Positions 1 through 10,600 of a stretch of 64,000 bases of DNA are shown piece by piece (the first letter of the stretch is position 1; each line of letters opens with the position of its first letter). This DNA is from a virus (taxonomy: Duplodnaviria; Caudoviricetes). The translations under genes were made by a program, and so were the position numbers. Below the pieces are notes generated by a model. That model searched no databases. It was given only the letters and a program-made list of their open reading frames with translations, and was not told the DNA's origin. Where the stretch lies: the IMG/VR virus record IMGVR_UViG_3300010352_001202; one strand, written 5' to 3'.

Positions 1-1330
1 GGACTATCTAGTGTTATGCTGGTAACCTGCCCGTTAGTTAACACTGCTGTTGCAGATGCTCCAACACCGTCGCCCGAAATTGTTACAAGAGGTGTTTCTG
101 TATATCCGTAACCAGGATCGGTAATTTGTATAGATAGGATAGGATTTGCTCCGCCTGGCTGTGCAATAGATACTGCAGGAGGAATTGAATAACCCGATCC
201 AGGATTTATTAAATTAATTCCGGTAATGGTTCCGTTAAGAATTGTCGAAGTTGCGGTTGCAGCAACTCCGCCAATCGGTGCAGCAACAGTTACGGTAGGT
301 GCAGAAATATATCCCGACCCGCCTGTATTAAGCGTTACACTGGTTACTGATCCACCTGTTAGTGTAGCGGTTGCTGTCGCTGCAACGCCGGTTGGATCTC
401 CGATTGTAATTGACGGGGAAAATGCATATCCCGAGCCAGGTAATACAATATTAATGCCAGTGACTTTACCATTAGCAATAGTTGCTGTTCCTGTTGCTGT
501 AATGCCGCTTGGTGGCGAAATTGTAACATCAGGAATAGTAGAATATCCAGACCCCGGTTGAATAATATCAATGTCAGTGACTTTTCCGTCTGTGATTATT
601 GCAACTGCTGTTGCAGCAATACCGGTAGGTGGAGCAATATTGATATTAGGGTTGGAATATCCGCTGCCGCCGTCGACAACCGTTATAGAGGTAACAATTC
701 CGTTATTAACCGTTGCTACAGCCTTTGCGCCATTTCCGCCACTAAATCCGTCCGTAATTGTAATAATTGGCGGTGCGATATAACCTGAACCGTTATTTAT
801 TAACACAATATCTATTATGATGCCGCCTGCAACCGAAACAATAGCATTTGCCGTGGCGGTAATATGAATTGGAGGATCAACAGTAACTGTCGGCGCGCTA
901 ATATAGCCCGATCCAGCATTAGCTACATTCACAGAAGTTATTTGTCCAGAGCTCGCAATTACTGCTACACCAGTGGCGCTAACTCCCGGAGCTTGGAATG
1001 TTACAGATGGAACAGTAGCGTAACCTGCTCCGCCGCCCGAAATAGTTACAGTCGACACCGATCCGGCTACTACCGTGCAGGATGCTGTGGCCTTAACATG
1101 AATAGGATCGGCTACAGTTACCGCAGGTGTTGATGTATAACCCGAACCACCGTGTGTAAGCGTTAATCCTGTCACTACACCATTAGTTACAGCAGATGTT
1201 ACTGTTGCACCATCAGACGGCGGTGCAGCAATTGTTACAGCAGGGGCTGATAGATATCCATTGCCGCCATCTATGATGTTAAAGCTGGTAACAGAACCGC
1301 CACCGATATTTGATGTAATCGATGCACTTC
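1..1330 (-). repeat. About 11 tandem ~39-aa (~117-bp) coding repeats GSGY-x3-P-x-VTI...ATA-x-A...G-x-V-x2-I within the giant protein
   Basis: G(S/Y/A/N)GY motifs recur near 105, 195, 315, 430, 550, 660, 785, 910, 1025, 1140 and 1255, with one isolated copy near 1925. Confidence 0.85.
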
Positions 1331-4300
1331 CGGTTAACACTGCTGTGGCAGTGGATTGTTGTGTCGGCGCCTTTGATGATGCTGTTGCGGCAGCGCCACC
1401 GATTTGCAATACAATCATATTGCCGAAATCTGTTTTTGTACCTTCTGTTGAAAACTGTGAAGTTATTTCACAGCTTAGGGCAGTCCTTAAGAAAATATCG
1501 CCATTTGCGTTAACTACAGAGAATCCCGATTGTTCTGTAATGTCGACAAGTTTATAGACATCCCAGTCTTCTGTGAATGTTTTAGCAATCCAGATAGTAT
1601 CGCCCGCGACAGGGTTTAGCTTATCTGTGCCCCATGCTACCGCGGTCTGAATCTTATCAAACGAATACCAATCGACATCATCGAAATGCACATAACCAGC
1701 GTTTGGTGTTGCATAGTCAATTCTCGGTGTAACAGGAAACTTCAGTGAGTATTCTGGATCATTAGGACGAACAACCCATTTATCTACCTGGTCAATATCG
1801 ATATTAACCACATTGTCGAGTGTCGCATCTTTAATAACAGAACCCTGCCAGACACTGTAAAGCTTATCAAGGTTATGTGGTTCTGGGCCCGAATCAATCT
1901 CGATATAAGGTGCAGAAAGATATCCATAACCCGGATCAGTAATGTCAATGCGAGCAATTCTACCAGTAGAATCAAGCACCGCAAATGCTTTAGCAGTGCG
2001 TAACGGCGATGTAACATATGGATCTAGCGGATCTGCATCTGGTGGTGGCACTACAATTCGCGGAACATTTATATATGTGTTCTGTGCATTCAGAATATTA
2101 ATTTGCCTTACAAACCCTACAGGAGACGGCATATAATTTAATCTTGCAACAATAACCTCACCGGTATTTTGTTCTGGCTTAAGAATAAACTCAGTCGATA
2201 CCTGGTCAATTGTATTACCAAAATCACCTAGCTTTAATGCCCATTCCTCGAACACTTCAATGATTTCGTCAGACTGAACCTTTGTAGATCTAAATAATTT
2301 TTCGAAAGCTTGGCTGGTTCCTTTCTGCCTAATAGCGCCTTGATAGAATAGATACTGGACATCATTAGATACCTGTAGGTTATCTAAATAGCTCTTGCTT
2401 TCATACCCAATTAAGCTTCTGCCAAGATCTTCTAAGCTAGGATTGTCGATTGTAACATTAGGATCGTAGTAATAACGCATAGCTTCAACAATCGTGTCGA
2501 AGTTCGGAACAAGCTGATTATCCATAACAAGATAACCAGGTGCTTCCATTTTACCGTACCAGCCGTTACTTCTAAATCCGTTGAAACGCAACCTTTGCTG
2601 CCTTGCTCTTAGTAATGGTGAATATACAACATCGTTGAAGTTTGTCTGATTATCGAAAATTAAGATATGCTCAGTTTCGGATGCATTTACTTGTAGGAAA
2701 TAAATTCCACCGACAGATAAGTCAATTGGTTCAACAGAAATAAATCGTCCGTCTCTATCTGTTGAAGTAGAGCTCGGTGGAATTGCTGTTCCGTATTTGT
2801 TTAGAATACTATAGATACCGTTTGTCAGACTTTCGACATCATCTGGATATCCTCTTGCAACTTCAAGAGTGGCCTTATTCGCTAGCGGGCTTAACTGAAT
2901 CGATGCATCCGGTGCCCAATCAGTATTAAGCCAGAATAAGAATTGCTTTCCGGCAGTGAGCCAGTCATTTAACTGGTTTGTATCAGGGCTTACTTCATCA
3001 AATTTCCAACCTCTAGATTCTAGGTATGCTCCCCAACCAATGAGCATATCAAACACCTGCTGCGGTGTCTTGAATACTGTTCCGTAAGGAATTTTTGTAG
3101 TTGTAGGTTCGGAGAAAGGCTTATACGATACCGAAATTCCACCAACAATTGGTAATGCATTTAGTTTCTTCCATCCCGCGGCAATAAACTTCTCTACCAA
3201 CTGAGTAGAAAGACTTAGATAATAAACTCCGTTATACCTAACAATGTCACCTTGCACATATGTTTCGCCAGGGACAAAATATTTAAATTCAGCAGGTGTT
3301 CCGCCGACTGTAACATCGATAAGTTGTGAATCTGAACGATCCAAGATAGTGAATTCCGACTTCAATAAGTCGTAGCCGTAGACGGCAAATGTTCCATCGG
3401 CAAGTCCTCGAACAATTACCCCACTGTAAGAATATGTGTCAATTGGTGGACTCTTATGCAAAATAACATCGAAGTTAGTCGACGGAATGATTAGACTATT
3501 AGTTGATGCGCCAGGACTTACGGCCTCGATATATGTATTGGTCGTATCCTTGTTTGTAAAGCCTGCAAGTTTATTTGCAAGATTTACATCTAGTGTTCTA
3601 ATTTTCTGACCAAAGGTCGAAGTAACATCCTTTCCTAAGAAAAGAATTCTATCACTGATCCAACGCTGATACCCGTACTTAATTTGAATATCGGTGTCGA
3701 CTGTTTCTGCATGCACAACTTGATCTTTATTCTTTAAACGCATCCATGCGAAGAAAGGATCACTATTTGTGAATGTATCATTTTGTACAAATTGCCAGTT
3801 GACATCAGACATTACCGGGCTTTCAATTCCGGGAACTGTTATCATACCCGGAGAAAGTTCTGTGCCAATTGTGTCCCAGAAGTATTCACCGTATGGTGCA
3901 GGACGCATTAGATATAGGAATTCCTGTACATTAAATGCATAAGCAGATGTTGACATCCATGCCTGTTCAACTGGTGCGCCATCGCCATAAATCCATTCTA
4001 CATCAAACAAATCAAATGGCTCATAATCATTTCCGGAGAACACGACATTAAATAATGCCATTACAGAAATAATTTCTCCGGAAGCGTCAACCGGAATTAC
4101 TGCCGATAGGCCCGGGCGTGCCCACATTTCTTGCTCTTGTGGTAACAAAGTTACAGGATCGTAGATAGCGCATGGCCCTTGCCTGATAATGCCGTATTCA
4201 AGATCGTCCCACATTACATGAGCACCGCTTGCAGTTGATGTCCATACTTCCTGACCTGCTAAGTTTAGAACAGGCATTCCGTATTCGTATCTCCACCACG

Positions 4301-7300
4301 ATGGCTCTGCACCGAACCCGAGCATCTCCCACGGACGAGTATCTGGATAATATGTGTCGTAGTAATATTGGAAAATGCCTTTCCAGTTGCCCGGTAGGTT
4401 TAGTGGAACACCGTTTGCATCTTTGGCAAAACGATAATTATAAAGTTTCCATAATTGAGATACAGGTGTAACTGTACTAGAGGTTAGCCAATCGTTGGCT
4501 CTATAGTTTGCCCTGTTCTTTGCCGACCATTTGTTTAGATATGATTCTGTGATATTAAGGAACTCTTCTCTTGTATAACGAGTTTCTCTGAAGTAACCCG
4601 ATTTTACAGACTCAAGACGCAATGGCAGATAATACTGATGTCTAAAACGATACTGAAGAAGATTATATATTCTCTTTTCGAGTTCTAGCAATAATTGATC
4701 GCGATAATCATTGTATGCAATTGTTTTAGATCCGTCGTGACCAATGATAACATTTGTCGGAATTGCATAAGATGTATCTAATTCAATTCTCGGAATATAT
4801 GTCGGATATGCACCAATTTTTGTTGGTGTAGATGGAATGTATGCTGGCAGTGGACTCTTATACAAAGCCACAAACACTGTATTGCCAACAGGAACTTCAA
4901 GAAGGTTAAGTTGAATTTCAATAACTAGGTTAGATGAAATTATTTCGTAATCTTGTCCGATTACCAATAACTTTTCTTGTCCCGTTGTATCATATAGGTA
5001 TAGTGCATTCTTAGGATCTGCTAAATCAACATAATTTGATAATGTTAGTAACCCGCCCATTGGCACAGTAAATGTTTCATTTGCGAAAGGACTGCCATTT
5101 GCAATCATATACGAATAAGCAAATGCATTTGAGAACTCTTTAGAAACATTTACAGTCTTAAGAATTTCTTCAACCCACAGGCTAACCGTAATATTATTGT
5201 TATAATATTGAACAGGATTAAAACCTTGATTGATTAATTGTAACGCAGTTGTTAGATATTTGTTCTTGAACTTTGTATATTCGTCTTGGCTGAATCTAAT
5301 ACTTGTAATAAAATCTAGATCATTAGAAGAGGATATCAACATTGTCTTAAGCAACGGACATACATTTTGTAGAATAAATGTTCCTACAGATCTGTTCTTT
5401 CTTGTATCGCGATAATTATTATCGCCGCCAAATGCTATACCGGTTGCGCCAATCTGATTTGCTATAATCGAAGCAAAATGTTCTGTTAGTTCACTGCCGC
5501 TAATTTCTTCTACTTCTAATTGAGATGGATTTGCTTCTAATTGCTGAGGAATTTCAAAGTAGCCAGGGCGTGTAGGATCTAGCAGTCCGTGCGTATAAGT
5601 CTGCACTTCAACTACAGGTGGTTGAGTTTGAGTTGTAGTAAGAAGCGTAGTTAGATATGCCGCTAAATCAACATAAATTCTATTGTTTATTTCAGTTAAT
5701 GTATATCCGCTGGGTTGCTCTGCAATACTTTTTACTTCTGTTCCATTAACTGAAACAATGATATCTGGCACTGTCGGATAACCGTATGGTGTTACACTAA
5801 GCTTAAATTGATACTCTGTTCCATAGCCTACGGTAAATTTATCAATGACTCTTTGCTTACTCGTTTGTAAGCAATTAACCGGTGGGGGCGGAATAATATT
5901 ATCACATGGGCAAGGCTGATATAAATTCCAATTGTTGTACAGAATAGGTTCTGTAGTTGTCTTGTAATAGTAATATCCTGTGATAGGTAATTTTGCATTA
6001 CTGTATGTATAACGCTCGACTATTAGGTCATTTTGAAATACTATATCAGATGCCTGGCCCAACGAAGTATAAACAATTGGGAATTTTAATACAGGATCAA
6101 CAGTTGCACCCGACTCAGTATTAATTTTGTATGAAAAAATTTCGCTTCCACGAAATGTACTTTCAGGATAAGTTACAGGATCGTCAAGCATTACTCCGTT
6201 ATGATCGCGAAGTAAGAACAACGGTGGTTGGTTAATTGTTATCTTATCGTTAAAGGCTTCCTGCCACACGCTGTCGCTGAAATACCATGTCTGACCTCGC
6301 TGGGCAGCATCCCACGGGCCGTCTTCTGTGACAAAAACAATATCACCTTCAACAACAGGGGTTAGCCAAGAAGTATATGGCTCAAACGAAACAGTTCCGT
6401 CTAACGCAACAACTACCTGATAAATGAATTGGTTTATAACACCAAACCCTGCATCCCATTCGTTGATTGGGGGATAATCCCAGGCCTGCATATCCCAGAA
6501 ATTAAACGGTGTATTGTCGTTAAAGAATCCTACAAGATTTCCATCTCTCATGTTGATATCAAAGTTATCATTAATATCAGATAGGAGAAGACCTTGTAAA
6601 TCTGCTCTACGAATAGGATTGCCATATAGATCATCCCTAAACCCGTATTGAATTTCTGCTCTAAATTGTGTACCAGATTTATATAATTCTAGATTAGCAA
6701 TAAACTGAATAATAGGGCGAAGTGCTCTTGTCGCATTTGCAGGAAACGCAGTTCCGGTTGCAACAAGCGTTGATGTTATAGCGTCAATGTGAAACCATTT
6801 GTTTGTTCTGGACCATGCATTTCTATCAATTGATCCTCTTTCGATTGTAATGTAATCGCCATTTCCGGGTTGTGTTTGTGTATCCCATGTCATAGCATCC
6901 CAATAAAGGTTACTAATGATACGACCATTTGATAACTCAATTGCACCGTCCCATGGTAGAAATTCAAAAACTGTGCCTGCTGTAAAATCGGGGAACGGAG
7001 GTACAAGCCCGATGCCAGTGCAACCACCGAAGTTTTCTACAGTGTGAGGAGACGAATAATCAGGATCGTCGACAAGAGAAATTGTCATTCCAGATGTAAT
7101 CTTGAAATTTGGTGGTGTAGCAGTCGGCGGTGTAGTAAACGACGGTTGCCCGATAATATCGCCAGATACAACACCCGTAATTGAAATTGTCGGAAGGCCC
7201 TGCTCTACCCAGTAATAATTGTGATAGTTAATAAACATATCATAATCAATCGGAGGGCCAAAACTGTAGTATTCGGATTCAAAAAGTCTATCTTGATTTA

Positions 7301-7607
7301 GAGTATTGCCGCCATAGTAATCAATTCTTTCTAACAGATCTTCGTAGAAGAAAATGTTAGACTTTGTTGTATCTTCTGTTCTTGCAAATGCGGTTGCTTC
7401 TAGTTGCCACCATGTTCTGCTCTTAGATGGTTCCGGAAGATAGAAGTCAGTAATAGGATTATAATTACCAGGATTTCTACGGCCAATGTAGCCCGCAAGT
7501 AAGTCGCTATCTTTCTTTGAAAAGACTTGCTCAAATGTAGCATCAAAGAATTTCTTTTCTGTTACAGTTTGAAAAACTGCTGGTAGTTTTTTAATATACT
7601 GAGTCAT
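1..7607 (-). CDS. Giant baseplate wedge/virion structural protein (gp7-like position), >2535 aa, truncated by the left window edge
   Basis: Not in the ORF track, consistent with no stop inside the window. ATG at 7607 reads MTQYIKKLPAVFQTVTEKKFFDATFEQVFSKK; the same frame reads TDPGYGYTETPLVTISGDGVGASATAVLTNGQVTSITLDS at the window edge. Lies directly downstream of the gp6-like gene with a late-promoter motif at 7646-7653. Confidence 0.8.
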   Translation of the reverse strand, partial: MTQYIKKLPAVFQTVTEKKFFDATFEQVFSKKDSDLLAGYIGRRNPGNYNPITDFYLPEPSKSRTWWQLEATAFARTEDTTKSNIFFYEDLLERIDYYGGNTLNQDRLFESEYYSFGPPIDYDMFINYHNYYWVEQGLPTISITGVVSGDIIGQPSFTTPPTATPPNFKITSGMTISLVDDPDYSSPHTVENFGGCTGIGLVPPFPDFTAGTVFEFLPWDGAIELSNGRIISNLYWDAMTWDTQTQPGNGDYITIERGSIDRNAWSRTNKWFHIDAITSTLVATGTAFPANATRALRPIIQFIANLELYKSGTQFRAEIQYGFRDDLYGNPIRRADLQGLLLSDINDNFDINMRDGNLVGFFNDNTPFNFWDMQAWDYPPINEWDAGFGVINQFIYQVVVALDGTVSFEPYTSWLTPVVEGDIVFVTEDGPWDAAQRGQTWYFSDSVWQEAFNDKITINQPPLFLLRDHNGVMLDDPVTYPESTFRGSEIFSYKINTESGATVDPVLKFPIVYTSLGQASDIVFQNDLIVERYTYSNAKLPITGYYYYKTTTEPILYNNWNLYQPCPCDNIIPPPPVNCLQTSKQRVIDKFTVGYGTEYQFKLSVTPYGYPTVPDIIVSVNGTEVKSIAEQPSGYTLTEINNRIYVDLAAYLTTLLTTTQTQPPVVEVQTYTHGLLDPTRPGYFEIPQQLEANPSQLEVEEISGSELTEHFASIIANQIGATGIAFGGDNNYRDTRKNRSVGTFILQNVCPLLKTMLISSSNDLDFITSIRFSQDEYTKFKNKYLTTALQLINQGFNPVQYYNNNITVSLWVEEILKTVNVSKEFSNAFAYSYMIANGSPFANETFTVPMGGLLTLSNYVDLADPKNALYLYDTTGQEKLLVIGQDYEIISSNLVIEIQLNLLEVPVGNTVFVALYKSPLPAYIPSTPTKIGAYPTYIPRIELDTSYAIPTNVIIGHDGSKTIAYNDYRDQLLLELEKRIYNLLQYRFRHQYYLPLRLESVKSGYFRETRYTREEFLNITESYLNKWSAKNRANYRANDWLTSSTVTPVSQLWKLYNYRFAKDANGVPLNLPGNWKGIFQYYYDTYYPDTRPWEMLGFGAEPSWWRYEYGMPVLNLAGQEVWTSTASGAHVMWDDLEYGIIRQGPCAIYDPVTLLPQEQEMWARPGLSAVIPVDASGEIISVMALFNVVFSGNDYEPFDLFDVEWIYGDGAPVEQAWMSTSAYAFNVQEFLYLMRPAPYGEYFWDTIGTELSPGMITVPGIESPVMSDVNWQFVQNDTFTNSDPFFAWMRLKNKDQVVHAETVDTDIQIKYGYQRWISDRILFLGKDVTSTFGQKIRTLDVNLANKLAGFTNKDTTNTYIEAVSPGASTNSLIIPSTNFDVILHKSPPIDTYSYSGVIVRGLADGTFAVYGYDLLKSEFTILDRSDSQLIDVTVGGTPAEFKYFVPGETYVQGDIVRYNGVYYLSLSTQLVEKFIAAGWKKLNALPIVGGISVSYKPFSEPTTTKIPYGTVFKTPQQVFDMLIGWGAYLESRGWKFDEVSPDTNQLNDWLTAGKQFLFWLNTDWAPDASIQLSPLANKATLEVARGYPDDVESLTNGIYSILNKYGTAIPPSSTSTDRDGRFISVEPIDLSVGGIYFLQVNASETEHILIFDNQTNFNDVVYSPLLRARQQRLRFNGFRSNGWYGKMEAPGYLVMDNQLVPNFDTIVEAMRYYYDPNVTIDNPSLEDLGRSLIGYESKSYLDNLQVSNDVQYLFYQGAIRQKGTSQAFEKLFRSTKVQSDEIIEVFEEWALKLGDFGNTIDQVSTEFILKPEQNTGEVIVARLNYMPSPVGFVRQINILNAQNTYINVPRIVVPPPDADPLDPYVTSPLRTAKAFAVLDSTGRIARIDITDPGYGYLSAPYIEIDSGPEPHNLDKLYSVWQGSVIKDATLDNVVNIDIDQVDKWVVRPNDPEYSLKFPVTPRIDYATPNAGYVHFDDVDWYSFDKIQTAVAWGTDKLNPVAGDTIWIAKTFTEDWDVYKLVDITEQSGFSVVNANGDIFLRTALSCEITSQFSTEGTKTDFGNMIVLQIGGAAATASSKAPTQQSTATAVLTGSASITSNIGGGSVTSFNIIDGGNGYLSAPAVTIAAPPSDGATVTSAVTNGVVTGLTLTHGGSGYTSTPAVTVADPIHVKATASCTVVAGSVSTVTISGGGAGYATVPSVTFQAPGVSATGVAVIASSGQITSVNVANAGSGYISAPTVTVDPPIHITATANAIVSVAGGIIIDIVLINNGSGYIAPPIITITDGFSGGNGAKAVATVNNGIVTSITVVDGGSGYSNPNINIAPPTGIAATAVAIITDGKVTDIDIIQPGSGYSTIPDVTISPPSGITATGTATIANGKVTGINIVLPGSGYAFSPSITIGDPTGVAATATATLTGGSVTSVTLNTGGSGYISAPTVTVAAPIGGVAATATSTILNGTITGINLINPGSGYSIPPAVSIAQPGGANPILSIQITDPGYGYTETPLVTISGDGVGASATAVLTNGQVTSITLDS

Positions 7608-7608
7608 G

Positions 7609-7672
7609 TAGGTTTCCGAAATAGTAGGTAGTGTTATCTACCTACTATTTATCACAGAAATTATGTACCTAC
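7609..7672 (-). promoter_or_regulatory. Late promoter GATAAATA (7653-7646) embedded in a long hairpin upstream of the giant gene
   Basis: Perfect 13-bp inverted repeat aaatagtaggtag (7619-7631)/ctacctactattt (7638-7650); outer pairings tttctg/cggaaa and gtagg/cctac reach almost to the ATG. Confidence 0.7.
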
Positions 7673-10600
7673 TTAAACTCTTAAGTTCTGATCAGTAAGG
7701 TTGGCAACAATCTGAACATTGTTTACTGTTGCAGTTGAGATAAACAATTCGTTAGGATTAGCTACAATTTCAAACAGATTACCGAATTGAGAATTTGCAT
7801 TTGTCGGGACAATAACGACAGAACTAATAATTCTTGATAGTTGTTGGTGAATAAATGCCGCAAGTTCTGTGTAGAAGAACTTTTCACCAAAGTCCCAATT
7901 TCTAATATCAAAATAAGCATCAATTGCAGCAATGACTTTTGTCTTTACTTCGTTGTCGCTGATATTAGATGAAGGTGCCTTTACTACCTTAAATGTTGCC
8001 TGCAATTCAGCCTCGGCTTGTGTACCGAAAAGAATCTTAAATGTTCCTGAATTCCATACCATTGCATCGCTAACCATCTTGTATTGGTTTAGATCCTGGA
8101 ACTGAATTCTTAATTCTTCGGTGGTAGGTGCTGCAGGGAATGTTGCTAAACCTCCGTTAGAGTTTTTCCAAATAAGAACATCTCTATAATAACTGTCCGT
8201 AACAACAATCATATCAATAATATTTGTTGCAGACGGATCAATTCGCTGATCGATTGGTGAGTAATGACTCCACTTGAAATATAAAGGTAATCTTGCAATC
8301 TCTGGAACGGTTGTATTTTGTGTAAACACTTTACCGTTCTTATCGAAGTGATATTTGTCTAAGCTTTCAACAATAACTTTGTTTGAAGGATACTTAGAAG
8401 TATCGGCATTATCAGCAAATGCCAACCCGTAGTATATCCCGAATCCCGGTGGACTAATTGATGAAATTAGCCAAGACTTATTAAGGAAATAAGTTGTCAT
8501 TAAATCAATTTTATCATTAACCAATTCAGTACCAATTAGCCATGGATAATAAGTGTATGTATCAATCCATGCTTGTGGTGTCGATGGCGTGATAGCAGGT
8601 GCTGACGGATTTATTGGCAAATTAAAGAATGCTGTTAATTGATTAGCAATAGAATTAACAAAAGTAATATTATCATAAGATAATTGTAGAACATTATTAA
8701 TGAAGACTAAATCAACTTCGTCCATATAGACATATTTGAAACCTGGTAATGCAACAGATCCCGGATCTAGGATTTGATCCTGGGTTGTTAGCTTCATATT
8801 AGCAACATATGGCGAACTATATAATTCTGTGGCATCAATCGGATTTACCGGAAAATAAACAAACAATTCAGTAGGTGCAGTCGGAACAGGCGGAACACCG
8901 CCCAACTCCAACTTCCATCTAGAAATCCACGGACGGGTACTTTGATATCCGGTTACTTCGTTTGTATAAAATTCAAATACAACTCTATCTTCCGGAGTAA
9001 CAATCTTATTGAAACCTGCAGGATCGTCTGCAATGCCGTCGCCGTCTACATCGACTAACGAAACTTCGACTTTAGAACTATCCAAATATCCGTCATCCTG
9101 AATATATACACCAGAGATATTAAAATCTACCTCGGTGCGTAAGAAGGATGTGGTAGGGTCAACAATAATAGGTGTGTTGTTATCAATTGAACTATTTGTA
9201 TTCACAAACGGCATAATTTCAATAGTATCTTGCAATGCAAGACCTGTAGCGTTGTCTATAACTACCTGGTTAGGATCCCAGTAAAATCTCACATCTTTAT
9301 ACGATTCAAACACATACACTCTGCCTCTAGCAGTAAGGTCGTATGTTGTTGTGGCAAGCTGATTATTACTTGCAATTGCTACATATAACAAACCACTGTT
9401 AGGATACGGTGCCCAGTCTGAATAAATTTCTTCTCCGGAAATTGTAACTATAGGTGGTGCGTATTCAAATGGCTGATCAGATTGATCCGATAATCCAGGA
9501 ACTGCTGTGGTCGATGTATGCCATTCGTCAACAAGTAAATCATAATATAACCAGAAAGAAATACCTGCGTCGATTGCAGCAACTACTTCGTTAATTTCAG
9601 CTGTGTTTAGATCATTTCTAAATACAGGATATAGTCTCATTGCCTGATAATTAGTCTGCTCTTCCTTTCCTAATTCAACGGGGCCAATGTTGGCGTAAGG
9701 ATTTAGCGGATTTACAATCAGTGGAATACCCGACTGAACAACATTGTCGACACTTACAGAATTTAATGTTGCAAGATCAGTGGGATTGGCAAACTGAATT
9801 ACAGACCCTGCCTTAATAAATCCCCACGGTTCGTATGTTCCCGCAGGTACATTATCTGTGGTGAAACTATTTGTTAAGGTAACTGCCGCGGCGTTTACTG
9901 CGGTGGTGTTTGCAAAATATCCGGTGTCGTTTTTAAACTTTATAGGACTTGTTTTCCAGTAAAGCGGAGACTGAAACGGGTTACTTAAATCTAAGATAGA
10001 ATAGCCTTCATCGGTAGGTACTTGCTTGTTAACCCTAATATTTGATTCAAACTGTGGCAGATATTCATCATAGAAAAAGTTTGACACTTTCTTGTCTCGT
10101 AACATTTCCTGAATCGTGTTAACAATAATAGTTTCAATATTGCCTGCGTTAGACGAGTCTCTAATAACCTGAGCTAGCACATTTTGATTATCTCTAAACA
10201 ATGCACCATCCTGGCCAAAGATGATTAAATCTCTGTGAAATCCTGTAGGATCGTTTAAGTCGATATAGCGGCTTTGTCCGCTATATGTTCTGTCAATTGC
10301 TTGTATCTTGGCAATTGAGTTTCCATAAATCAATGGTAGAACATTATAGTCACTACCGTTAACCATGCGCGATTGCGTAGAGAACACTTCTGGAGCACGC
10401 AATCTAATTTGATCATTAGTCTCGGCAGCCGCCGCATTGCCAATTGTTTGTTCTAGGTTAAAAACAATTCTTAATGTATATTGCTGCTGATTTACTCCAA
10501 AGTATGGAATGTTAATCTGTAAACCACGCGCATTATCTGGCCTAATAACAAGCGCCTGATTTGCACTTATTCTAGTCCAAAATCTAAATAGTCCTGTAGG

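Noticed and set aside
226-5415. Short ORFs in the track over the first 5.4 kb
   Set aside because: They are antisense or off-frame shadows of the giant minus-strand gene, produced by its codon bias and repeats.
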